Shown here piece by piece: positions 26,595-37,830 of a stretch of 64,000 nt of DNA; within the stretch, counting starts at the first letter, position 1, and each line of letters begins with the position of its first letter. The position numbers and the translations under genes were made by a program. Source of the stretch: Octopus sinensis. Its lineage: Eukaryota. Location: NCBI RefSeq assembly GCF_006345805.1, contig NC_043000.1, forward strand, positions 60,636,001 to 60,700,000, in the 5' to 3' direction. The notes under the pieces are model-generated. The model had not been told where the DNA came from. It searched no databases and saw nothing but the letters and a program-made list of their open reading frames with translations.

Positions 26595-26712
26595 TTTATT
26601 TACAAGCAGCAGAAATATAACAAAAGCCGTTACTCAGTTTCACGTTCCCGTTCAACGTGAAACTTTGAGTAATAGCTTTTGTTATATTTCTGCTGCTTTT
26701 AAATAAAGTATA
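26590..26712. repeat. Imperfect ~120-bp palindrome containing the 3' half of a hammerhead motif in each arm
   Basis: TACTTTATTT..GCAGCAGAAATATAACAAAAGC..GTTTCACGTT CCCGTTC AACGTGAAAC..GCTTTTGTTATATTTCTGCTGC..AAATAAAGTA; same family as 40768-40840 and 47560-47700. Confidence 0.8.
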
Positions 26713-26808
26713 TTACTCTACCTCTGGTATTTGAGTACTCTTTTTCCCACCTTGTTTCACATTTATGTGCTTACTCCGGGGTGTGTGTATATATCCATAT
26801 ATATATAT

Positions 26809-26850
<42 letters not shown>

Positions 26851-26940
26851 ATGGATCTTGCAGGCATGAAGTGGATTCACTCCTAGATAGCCAAATTTAA
26901 ATTAACACACACACAAACACACACACACATCTATATACAT

Positions 26941-27445
26941 ATACCCCGCTTTTTGGTTACAGGGAAGGCGAATCTGCAAAAAAATTTGCAAAAATCGGCA
27001 TTTTAAAATTACCCTCTAACCTCATTTCCTTCATTTCTTTCTTTTTTTAGAAATTTGTTGTTTTTTTTTTCAAAATATGCGCAAAAATACAGAGATTATG
27101 ATTCTGAGAAAAATTTCCAAAAATTTTTGTAAAATTTTTTTTAAGAACTTTTTTTTTCTAAATATGCAGGAAAATACGGACATTATGATTCGGACAAAAA
27201 TTTCAAAACATTTCTGTAATTATGGTTAGGGTTAGTGTTGGGGAAAAAAAAATCAAAATTGAAGAATTGTGGGGGAGAATTTAACAATGCTGATTTTTTG
27301 GCAATTTTCTGGAACCTCCGTATCCAAAAACGGGGGTTTTTGGCAAAAAAAAAAGAAAAAAAAATATTAAAGAATTAAAAAATAAAAAAAATTTGGGAGA
27401 AAATAGGGGTGGCGGGCGGAAGACTCTCCGAGAATTTTGTCTCCA
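26941..27445. repeat. Non-coding element with imperfect IRs, an internal duplication and a GGTTAGGGTTAG motif
   Basis: ACCCCGCTTTTTGGTTACAGGGAAGG near 26942 versus CCTCCGTATCCAAAAACGGGGGT near 27316; AAATATGC..ATTATGATTC..AAAAATTTC occurs twice. Confidence 0.5.
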
Positions 27446-27973
27446 GATTTTATTACCTACAGAGATTAAGTACTGACCAGCTTTTCAACCTTGTCTATCA
27501 CCAACGCCAGTCTGTGTGTATAAGTATGTATATGTATGTATGTCTGTTGTATGCATGCAGGTGTGTGTGTGTATATTTTGTATGTATATATGGATAAGTA
27601 TACACCCACACCTTTCATCACCATTGCTTCTTTTTCTTCTCGTTTCTGTTGAAGTTGTTCTTGTAACTGTTGTCATACTTCACGTTGTTCTTATTTTCAT
27701 TTCTTTGATTTCTTTCGTTTTTCTTTTATCTCCCTAGGTTTTCCGTTGACAAACTTCTTTTCATTTACTTTCTTCGTTTCTTTTAAATTTATCTAAGATA
27801 CACCCTCATATTTTTTTCCTCGTCTGGTTTGTGGGCCACTTAAACTCTTAGGCTTTAGGTTAACCCCACTTCTTCTCAGTGGGACTGTATATATATAGAG
27901 AGAGATAGATAGATAGATAGATAAAACTTACTTGGAAGAGGATGCATGGTGTTCAATCATAATAATATAAATA

Positions 27974-28013
<40 letters not shown>

Positions 28014-28221
28014 CAATAAGAAAATAGATGGGATCAATAGGTGGTATTCATCAACTTTTAGACATTATATTATGTTAATTTATTTATTTATTTACTAAAA
28101 TTACAATTATGAGAATATACATGTATAACATATTATGCTTTACATATAAAAATATATTAATATATAAAGATACCAGTTATTATTAAAATATAACATACAG
28201 GAATATAAATTGGGAAAATAA

Positions 28222-28342
28222 CTTACAGCTGTTTCAGCCAAGAGGCAAAAATACCTCATTCTACCTTTATTCTTCCAGTAGACTGAAGTAATAAGCAGAT
28301 GAAATTGAGGTACTTGGGTGTTACTCTAGGCTTCGTCAGAGA
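28222..28342 (-). ncRNA. Minimal type-I hammerhead-like motif (Penelope pLTR type) with long stem II
   Basis: Minus strand: CT|CTGACGA|AGCCTAGAG..CTCTTGGCT|GAAAC|AGCT|GTA|AG; palindromic ACAGCTGT; stem I is weak (2 bp). Confidence 0.6.
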
Positions 28343-28723
28343 TTTTTATAAAGTACATAAGGTTAAGTTATAAATAAATATAAATATAAAATAAATAAAA
28401 ATACACACATTTAAATACATATACAGATACATACATATATAAATATACATAAATACTTATATATACACTTAAATGTACATACATATTTACATTTATAAGC
28501 ATACACAATAATCAATTATTATTAATAATATTAGATACATTATATTATTTATATTAGATAAAATATAAACAGAGGTATGAGAAAGTTATAAGAAAAGTAA
28601 TTTTGCAATCTATTAAATCCATATATCTTAAAGTTATTTCAGTTATGTCAGAACGAAATTGCAAACACATGAGGAACACACATATATATATACTCACACA
28701 CACACACAACATACATATATATG

Positions 28724-28826
28724 TAATCAAAATAAGCAACAAGGATATCCAGAGGTAATGCAGTATGATTGTTTCATTCGATCATACTGCATTACCTCTG
28801 GATATCCTTCTTGCTTATTTTGATTA
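28724..28826. repeat. Hairpin with 46-bp arms (one mismatch) and 11-nt loop
   Basis: TAATCAAAATAAGCAACAAGGATATCCAGAGGTAATGCAGTATGAT tgtttcattcg ATCATACTGCATTACCTCTGGATATCCTTCTTGCTTATTTTGATTA. Confidence 0.95.
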
Positions 28827-29479
28827 TAATCACCTTATTTTAAATTGTATGGATAATACCTTACTAAATTTCTGGTGCTTCAACTTAAGTGCCATATTCA
28901 TCTGAATCTAAATCTAAATGTATGTCTGCATGTATGTATGTAGTATGTGTGCGCGCACATGCGTTTGCAAATGGACTCTTCTCAATTGAACTATCTTTGA
29001 TAAAACCTCTCAAAAAGAGAATATTTATTAAGATTTAACTCTACAGTACATCTTAAAATTTATGATGCTTGTTTTATATTATGAAGATAGTATTTGTATT
29101 AGTTCTTAAAATGTCCTGAATGTAAGTAAATCTCAAGAAAAATTAATAAGATAGGACATATATAAAGCTAACTTGAAAAAGGCGATGTTTTTTTTTTCAT
29201 ACAGAGGAGGTAACCCCATTTTATAATGGCAGTTTTTTAATGGAGGTGAGATAACCAAAAAGTACCAATTGTTTTTACGAATCGTATTTTATTTTTAGAT
29301 ATATTTTTGTGATTTTGTTTTAGTCTTGTTTCTTGAACCTTTCATAGATAGATAGTTATAGAAGAAACCATAACTACAAAACTAATTTCTCTTGGAGTTA
29401 TGAAATGAATAATGATCTATTTAACTGCTACAAAAATGTGAAACAAAACCCCGCTGTTGGCTATATGAAACGATTGAAA

Positions 29480-31979
29480 TCATATTAATCACTCCTTGCT
29501 CCAGATCCTCTTACACTTGCAACCAGGCTTTCTTTACTCTGGTCAGGATGTCTGCTCTTAGAGGGCACAAAAACTACACTCAGCCTCAGGTCAAACTCGG
29601 CAGCTAGCTCACCCAGAATTCCCTCTGCTTGCTGGTAACCACTGATCCCACCCATCTAAGCAGAGTGGCTGAATCAGTATGCAGCCCCCTACTCAGGGCC
29701 AGGTTTAGCCTCTTCAACACGGCATCCAGCTACACCATGTTGATGTGGTTGCAGTCGTCCTTCTTCCTGAGCCAGGCTGCATCCTCCACCATGACACCTC
29801 CAATTTCCAGGACAACTCTCATTGCTATGCTGCTGACAGCACACCACAAAATCCCAGTCTTCAATTTGGGCACATACCAGTTTCCTCTTACTGGGTCCTC
29901 CACAGTCACTCTCTCCAAGACTTCTTGCATCATGGCAGTTGTCTTCTCACCCACGTTGTCACTCCATCTCATTCCTTCAGCTTGCCTCATGATGAAGCTG
30001 CATGCTGTCCAGAGCTATCCTACAATCGGATAGTGTCCCAGCAGCTTCCTACACGCAGAAAACAGTTCTCACCTACTTGTCTTGGAGCCCAGTTCTGGGA
30101 TCTTATTCCCTCTCCGAAGCACAAATACGCCAACCTCATCTCTCCATAGTTGAGTCTCAGTGCAGCTCCTCCTTCCATCACTTCCAGCAGTTTGGCAGTT
30201 AGCCCAAACCTCTTCAGGTGGCTTATGACCTCCTTTGCCAACACTGTGCTCTCCTCTACCAGGATGTCATCAATATAGGAAGTGGTGGATCTTTTCACTT
30301 TGTCTGCCTTTCTCAGGATGGTTTTGAGAATTGTCACCATAATCTTTGGTGCTGAATTTAGCTCAAATCCCAGCCTGGTTAGGCAGTATGTCCGACCCTT
30401 ATATCTTACAAGCTGATATTTCCACAGTCTCTCAGTCACATGCAGCTGCAGGTATGCCGACTTCAAATTGCCGATTATGGAGGCCCCTATCACTTACCTT
30501 GACTCTCTTAAAGTTTTGCTGCTAATGTCCATAGCTTCGCCGCCCATGTAGCATAATGCGTGGTTGTTCAGTTCTCAGAAATCTAAAACTGACCTGACTT
30601 TATGCTTTGTTGGCTGCCCCACTGCCATCAGTGGTAGCATTCCACTCTCCACTTCCTCCTTTCAAGAGATCAGAATACCTTCCTTGATCCACCATTCCCC
30701 ATCTCCCTCAAACTTGCTTCTGGCATCCCCTTTCAGGGTATGTTGATAGCAGTATACTGTGTTTTTTAACATCGGAGGATCTCCCTTCCAGTACCATTCC
30801 ACTGTTCACTGCCAGCCATTGGACACAACCTGAAAATCCTTGTCTGTAATGGTGTGTGCAGCATATTTTTTACTTCGCAGCTCTTACCACTCTCCTGTCC
30901 CGGACTCACAGTGCATAGTACCCCCACATCACCAAACGCTAGACTGGCTTCATTGACAGTGATACCTCCCAAACGGACAATGGCATCCATCCCCATCACC
31001 ACATTGACTCTCACCACATTGACTCTCACCATGTGCAAACCCCGACACTGAAAACACTGCCTTTTGAAAGGTTGCAAACATTCCTTGTTCGACCCCTCTC
31101 TGTTGCTCTTTGTTTGATCCCTTCTTGTTGTTGCAGTTGCTGCTAAAGGTGTCATCCTGCAACATGAGATGATGGCTCTGGTCTGAGATACCTCTCCCAT
31201 TGCCATGAAGTGAATATTTGGCAGCTTTTGCAGTTCGACCAACACATGGTCAGGAAATCCTGTCACAAATGCTAATTTAACTGTTTGTTCCAATGCGTCA
31301 TCCCTGTATCCCACAAGTCTGGCCAATCTCCTGGTTTTGTTGGCAAACACATCAACCTGTTCATCTGTCCACTTCACTTCCCTCGATTGACCATATGTCA
31401 TAAATGGCCCTTCTGTAAAGCCTCCATCAGCTGGCCTTCTATTTTTTCTGCACTTAACTGGTCCTTCTCCTCCATTTCTAGGTATAGCACCAACGCTGAT
31501 CCATTGAGGTAGAATGGTATGAAACTTGCTAGGTCATCTATACCGTGGAGTTTTGCCACCAACTTAATTTTTTGGAGCCAAGTGGTGACATCTCCCTCGC
31601 CGCAAAATGGCCTAACCATCTCATTCAAAACACGGACCATACTCATTTTTTTTTTAGAGCTGAAATAGCTTGTGATGTGAAGGAGGAAAAAGACAGAAGC
31701 AGAGAGAGACTCCTGGTAGTCTTACCTGTCGGTCTGGAAAAGGTTGCTCACAACTTCCACGTGCTCTGTCTTGATCTGGAAGGTTCACTCACAATGTCCA
31801 CATGCCCTGTCCACTGCCATACCATCTAACATGCCTGCTCTCATGCACTGTCCACCGCCAACTGGCTGCATGCACCTCGCTGACCCCACATGCCCACTGT
31901 GGCCCTTCCAGTAGGACCCACAGGTTCCACTTCCAACAGGACATGTGTACTCCCTCACTTTCAGTCCTTCCCTACAACA
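29480..31979 (-). mobile_element. Ty3/Gypsy LTR retrotransposon, decayed, lacking integrase and 3' LTR
   Basis: gag (PFCGEGDVTTWLQK..FVTGFP..CFQCRGLH), RT (AYLQL..YCLTRLGF.LNSAP..YIDDIL) and RNase H (WCAVSSIA..EDAAWLRK..HIN). Possible 5' LTR about 31671-31979 starting TGTTGTAGG (weak). Confidence 0.85.
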
Positions 31980-32049
31980 CAGCCTGGCTCAAAATGCCAC
32001 ACTAATGACAAACAAATAAACAAGAAAAGAGACAAATTTCCTGAAAATG

Positions 32050-32745
32050 TTATGGAGGGGAAGCGCCAAGCAGTGAAATTATAATGTTATTATCAGTCCG
32101 AATATGCTTGATTAACATTCAAACTGGGAAACAAGCTACTCACTGCATATTGTCATGGAGAATATATCTTGCTTCTTAACAAATGGTGTGTATACACCTA
32201 GATCAGCTTGCAGCACCATCTACTTAGACTGTGAGATTCTAGCATTTTGGAGTAGTTATCTCCTCATTGGTCACAGACACTAAGTAGATGACACTACAAG
32301 CTGAATTTGTCAACAAGTGAAATATATTTGCTGACAAAACACAGTGAGTAGCTTGTTCCCCAGTTTGAACATGCATCAAGCATATTCGGGCTGATAATAA
32401 CATTGCAATTTCACTTATCACTGTTTAGCGCTCCCACTCTGTAATTTACTTACAGTGGGTCACTGTATAGTGCTGTGAGCTGCCAGTCATTGTACAGTGA
32501 CTGGAAAAGCAAGAGAGGTAATCTCTTAATTCAGCTTGTAGTGTCATCTACTTAGTGTCTGTCATCGACAAGGAGATAACTACTCCGAAATGCTAGCATC
32601 TCACAGTCTAAGTAGATGGTGCTGTGAGCTGAAATAGGTGCATACAACCTATTTGTCAACAAGCGAGATATATTCTCCATGATAAAATGTAGTAAGTAGC
32701 TTGTTCCCCAGTTCGAATGTGCATCAAACATATTCGCACTGAATA
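32050..32745. mobile_element. Fold-back MITE (about 32050-32445) plus adjacent inverted partial copy (32520-32745)
   Basis: AATGTTATTATCAGTCCGAATATGCTTG pairs with CAAGCATATTCGGGCTGATAATAACATT; 32098-32306 is also the reverse complement of 32530-32737. Confidence 0.75.
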
Positions 32746-32789
32746 TCTGCCCTTTGCATTATTATCAAAATGACATGAATTAGAAGCAT

Positions 32790-33010
32790 AAAATAATCCT
32801 TTCTACTAAAGGCACAAGGCCTGAAATTTGTGGGGAGGGGACTAGTTGATTACATCAACCTCAGTGTTTCACTGGTACTTAATTTATTAACCCCGAAAGG
32901 ATGAAAGGCAAAGTTGACCTCGACGGAATTTGAACTCAGAACATAGTGATGGGTGAAATACTGCTAAGCATTTCATCCAGCATGCTAACTATTCTGCCAG
33001 CTCACCTCTT
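32790..33010 (-). mobile_element. SINE with Nin/Meta-like core, near full length
   Basis: Homologous to 5226-5370 and 25495-25705, including the tRNA-like head GGCAGAATAGTTAGC. Confidence 0.8.
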
Positions 33011-33310
33011 AAGAAGCATGAAATTATGATTGCTTTCTATTCACCAAAATGGAGCAATGAAAATAAAAAATTGCTTGTTGGGGTCCCATGACGTAATCTT
33101 GAATCATTCTATCTTATAGGATACTGACATTCTTATAGCTTATTTCACTTATATTTCTAATCTTATTCATATTAACACACCATGACTAGTGTCTCAATTC
33201 TAGTGGTTATCCTTATGAACAATGGAGGACAGTCTTACACTTAGTAAATAAAGATTATTTGAAATTTATCAAACAATCTGCAGCTGAAATTAATTCTGTC
33301 TTCTTTTCAG

Positions 33311-33588
33311 ATGTGTGCAAATAAGTTATTTCTAATTTTCATGATAATGGATATATATGTGTATGCAAAATTAAATGATTTTAAGCATGCTCCAGATATT
33401 TCACGCAATCGAGCAAAGCTAAAACGTCAAGTAATGCCTAAGATTCAAAAAAGTATCGTGATGAAAATGCTTATGAAAAAAAAATACCCAGGTATATTTC
33501 ATACTAAGGAAGAAATTGAAAACAAGTTATCAAACGAATATGGTCAGCGTCAATACCAACCTAAAGGAAACAACTATTGTTGTCAAGT
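33311..33588 (+). CDS. Coding exon 1 of a secreted Spaetzle/neurotrophin-like cystine-knot protein (173 aa total)
   Basis: Acceptor TTCTTTTCAG|ATG; MCANKLFLIFMIMDIYVYA (signal-peptide-like), KLKR dibasic site, ends NNYCCQ(V); donor GT|GTAAGT, phase 2. Confidence 0.82.
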
Positions 33589-33621
33589 GTAAGTACTAGA
33601 ATGATTTTCATTTTGGTTTTA

Positions 33622-34416
33622 TTTGACCGGCAGATTTTTAAAATAATTTCTTTGTAACTGAAAAATTTTAAACTTCGTATACTGGTAGAATGTGTTTATA
33701 AAACATCTTTTTCTCTTGGCTTTCTTGAGAAACTTCTGTAGTTTGTAAGTTATTTGTTGTTTATTTTCTTGCATTTCGGCAATTTCAACCAATCAATGAC
33801 GTCTATTGAGGTGAAAACAATTTCTACCATAAACATTTTCTGGCGGTGTCATATGAAAATGTCCCTGTTATTTATGAGAAAAAAAGATACCCTGTGACCA
33901 TAAAATGAGGGGTCACTCGTAAACAGAGCTGGATAACAAAACCGTTCCCTCTTTAGTGTCCACCCATAATTATGACCCTAGTATCGATCTATTGCATTTC
34001 AATCTGTTTTAGGGTTAGGGTTAGAGTTGAGAGGAAAATTAAAACTGCATATATTGTGAACTTAGAATATGTGTTTATTAATAAAAGTTTAATAATGATA
34101 ATCTTTTATTCATACGAATGTAACTGATATGAAATATGTCGTAAATAACAGGGGCATTTTCATATGACACCGCCAGAAAATGTTGTTGACACACTACGGC
34201 AGAAATCGTTTTCACCCCAATAAACGTCATTGATTGGTTGAAATTGCCGAAATGCAAGAAAATAAACAACAAATATCTTACAAACTACAGAATTTTCTCA
34301 AGAAAGCCAAGAGAAAAAGATGCTTTATAAACACATTCTACCAGTATACGAAGTTTAAAATTTTTTAGTTACAAAGAAATTATTTTAAAAATCTGCCGGT
34401 CAAAGCGAAAAGATCC
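33622..34416. mobile_element. Fold-back element with ~255-bp inverted arms, related to the GGATCTTTTC (Merlin-like) family
   Basis: 33622-33877 pairs with 34139-34404; right end GAAAAGATCC; shares GAAACTTCGTATACTGGTAGAATGTGT with about 9710-9735; TTAGGGTTAGGG in the centre. Confidence 0.85.
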
Positions 34417-35369
34417 CCGCCGGAGGATACTATCATCATCATCATTAACCGTCACTATCACCATTATCATCATCATCATCTACCATCACTATCACCATCA
34501 TCATCATAGTAGTTCTTTTTCCCACTCTTAGTTGTGACATTATTCTATGCTTTGTCAAATGAAATTTTCTTTGGTGTACATGCTGAAAAGGATTAGAATT
34601 ACTTAAGGAAGACCTGATTCTGATATTCAAGGATAGAAAAAAAAATTGTTTTTATAGAATTTATATTATTTCTTGCACATGCTCGCTATATTTTCTCATT
34701 CAAAATGGATACTAGACATAAATAAATATGATACAAGATAAAATTTTGCAAGGACAAGCAAGGGGAAAAAGACAAAACAAAAACAAAATACACTAGTAAA
34801 TGAATAAAAAATACAGAAAACTATGAATCTTTTAAGGAACACTTAAATAGAAAAAAAAAATGCAACCAGTGTAACAGATAATTTTGAAAATAGCCATAAC
34901 AGCAGTATTCCTATTGGGTCAGGCATTTTGAACAGCTTATATAGTGATTGTGTTAAAGCTCATCTTGCCTCATTTGTGACAGAATTTTTAGATCCAACAC
35001 AGTTCCTAGAAAGAAAAAGTTGTCTGGAGACTTTTATAAAACCAGACACTGTTGCGTTGCTGCAAGATCTAATCCTAGAAAGAACAAAGAAAATAAAATT
35101 ACATATCTGTTTTAGAAAGACTGATACAGATTAGAATTAGTTTTACAACAGCAACTACAAACATTCCTGGATATCTTATGAGGAATATTTTGCAAGTGAA
35201 AAGTAAAATGCCCACTACACCATTTACAAAGTAAATCTTAGAGCTTGATTTATTTCTATTTACTCAAAGTCATCATGGAACATGGCAAGTTGTTCAAAAC
35301 CGTTTTTCTTCCCAGAAATCTTTATTGAACATTGTTTATTCACTGTATATGTTCATTCATCATGTGTCG

Positions 35370-35612
35370 GAATAAAACCTTGAACATGAAGCTATTCACA
35401 CAGGGTGAGTGCTCAGCTGGCAAAAATGAGTTGTACCTGCATTTCAAAGGGCCGGCCTTGTCACACTCTGTGTCACGCTGAATCTCCCCGAGAACTACGT
35501 TAGGGGTACACATGTCTGTGGATTGCTCAGCCACTTGCACGTCAATTTCATGAGCAGGCTGTTCCGTTGATCATATCAGCGGGGACCCTCGTCATCGTAA
35601 CTGATGGAGTGC
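35370..35612 (-). mobile_element. tRNA-SINE 3' body fragment (13364 family)
   Basis: CAGCTGGCAAAAATGAGTTGTAC..GAGAACTACGTTA..GACCCTCGTCATCGTAAC homologous to the family (orientation read from the family consensus is + for this block; boundaries approximate). Confidence 0.7.
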
Positions 35613-35794
35613 TCCTATATATATATTGTCTTTTATTGCACAGAGGTATTTCATGGTTACTGGATTAATGATTCAATCCAATTATTAAAGTGTTGACATT
35701 TTTATTACCGACTTTCCTAAAAGAAAAGTCAACTCTAAAACATTTAAAAGATTTGTGCTGGGGAACAACTTCCACAAAATCATCATGATCATGA

Positions 35795-36170
35795 TGATCA
35801 TCATCATCATTTAACATCGGTTTCCCATGCTGGCATGTGTTGGACGGTTTGACAGGGGACTGGCAAGCCAGGAGGTCACACCAGGCTCTAATCTGATTTG
35901 GTACTGTTTCTACAGCTGGATGCCCTTCCTAATGCCAACCACTCCGAGAGTGTAGTGGGTACTTTTTAATGTGCCACCAGCACAGGAGTCAGTCAGGTGG
36001 CACTGGCATTGGCCATGTTTGGATGATACTTTTTACATGCTACTGGCACAGAAGCCAGTCGGAGCAGGGGGTTGGGGGTTGGCTGGCATCGACCTCATTC
36101 GAATGGTGCTTTTTATGTACCACTAGCATGGAGAGCCAGTTAGGTGGCACTGGCAATGACCCATGTATGA
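35795..36170 (-). mobile_element. RTE LINE 3' tail copy
   Basis: CCACTACACTCTCGGAGTGGTTGGCATTAGGAAGGGCATCC..(GAT)n as in the full-length element. Further copies at 37105-37420 (-), 46985-47450 (+), 57480-57783 (+), 58730-59093 (+) and 63160-63460 (-). Confidence 0.88.
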
Positions 36171-36571
36171 ATGGTAGAAAATTCTGTCTGTCTGTCCATC
36201 CAGGACCCCCGTGTCTCAGTCTACATTTGCTCTACATAGTAAAATTATACCTTTTTGGAATCAGGATGATCCCAGGATTGAAAATCTGCCCTTCATTTGG
36301 TTCTTGAACATCTAACATTGGGATCAGGCTTCGATGAGGATTTGTTATATGCTAATAGTTGAAAATTCAAATTTTAAAAGAACTCCAAAAATTTGTGGAG
36401 AGTTTTCATTTAAACTGAATTTAAAGTAATACATATTGGTAGGGTACCAATATAATTATTGCTCTCTTCAGTTTGGGCTGCAGGCCCAATTAGCCCCCCC
36501 CCCACAGGAGCTAGCTTAAAAGTCCACACGGAGTGTGACTTTTAAGCTAATATATATATATATATATATAT

Positions 36572-37010
36572 GGATCTTAACCTGTCGACCTACAGATATA
36601 AAAAATAATTTTTTGTAACTAAACACTTTCAAACTTCAGACACTGGTAGAATGTGTCCTATAAAACATCTTTTACTCTTAGCATTTTTGAGAAAAACATA
36701 TTTACGAAGTAATTTCATGTTAAAGTAGTCCTATTTTGGTAATTTCAACCAATCAATGATGTGTATTCAGCTGAATAAAATTATTACCGTTGTTTGTCAA
36801 CAAGAACTTCCGGTGGTGTATTTTTCGTTTGTCACTGTTATTTATGACAACCCTAACCCTAACACCGTAACCCTAACCTTAACCCTAAAAACCTAACCCT
36901 AAAACCCTAACCCTAGCCCTAACCCTAACCCTAAAACCTTAAAACTAAAACCAGTACAAACACATGAACGATGTCATAAATAACAGTGACAAACGAAAAA
37001 TACACCGCCG
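36572..37010. mobile_element. Truncated GGATCTT-family fold-back element carrying a (CCCTAA)n telomere-like tract
   Basis: Starts GGATCTT; the left arm is homologous to 33622-33877; inner 39-bp IR (36811-36849 / 36972-37010) flanks degenerate CCCTAA repeats at 36850-36950. Confidence 0.8.
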
Positions 37011-37830
37011 ATAGTTATCAAAGTAACAAATAGGGAGAAAAAAGATACTTTGCATAAGGAAAGAAAAACGAGAGAAAGATAGGTGACAGAATATGTGTAA
37101 CAAACATCATCATCATCATCTTCGTTTAGCGTCCACTTTCCATGCTAGCATGGGTTGGACAGTTAAACTGGGGTCTGGGAAGTAAGAAGGCTGCACCAAG
37201 CCCAGTCTGATCTTGCTATGTTTCTATGGCTGGATGCCCTTCCTAACGCCAACCACTCCGTGAGTGTAGTGGATGCTTTTTACGTGCCACCGGCACAGGT
37301 GCCAGACGAGGCTGGCAAACGGCCATGATCGGATGGTGCTTTTTATGTGCCACCAGCACAGGGGCCAGGCGAGGCTGGCAACGGCCAAAATCGGATGGTG
37401 CTTTTTACGTGCCACTAGCACATATAAGATCATGTATATAAATCTATGGAAATATGCATGTGTAGGAAGTGATCCGCTACACGCATAATTACACATTCAC
37501 ACAAATATAAGTGCATACATGCATCCATATACATCCATGCACGTATGTGAACAAGTATAAACATACACATTTACTTACAAATATACATATATGCACACAT
37601 ACAAATACATATGCATGCCTACAATACAGACATCCACATAAAAACATATCTAGGTCCTGACGTGTATATACAAACAACTTTTTTAAAAAAATTGCTGAGT
37701 GTATTATAATAAAAATTGGATAAAAGACATGCAAAATGGAACACCATATATCGAATTATCTATAAATATAACAATTAAATGGGTTTGTAAAATACAATAA
37801 AATGAAATAAAAATGAAGTAAAGTCTTAAA

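Noticed and set aside
34860-35134. Open frame extending ORF 34928-35134 inside intron 1
   Set aside because: No usable splice sites in phase with the cystine-knot gene and no recognisable domain; exons 1 and 2 already join in frame.
36850-36950. True telomere or chromosome fusion site
   Set aside because: Short, degenerate, single orientation and enclosed by the inverted arms of a repeat family.
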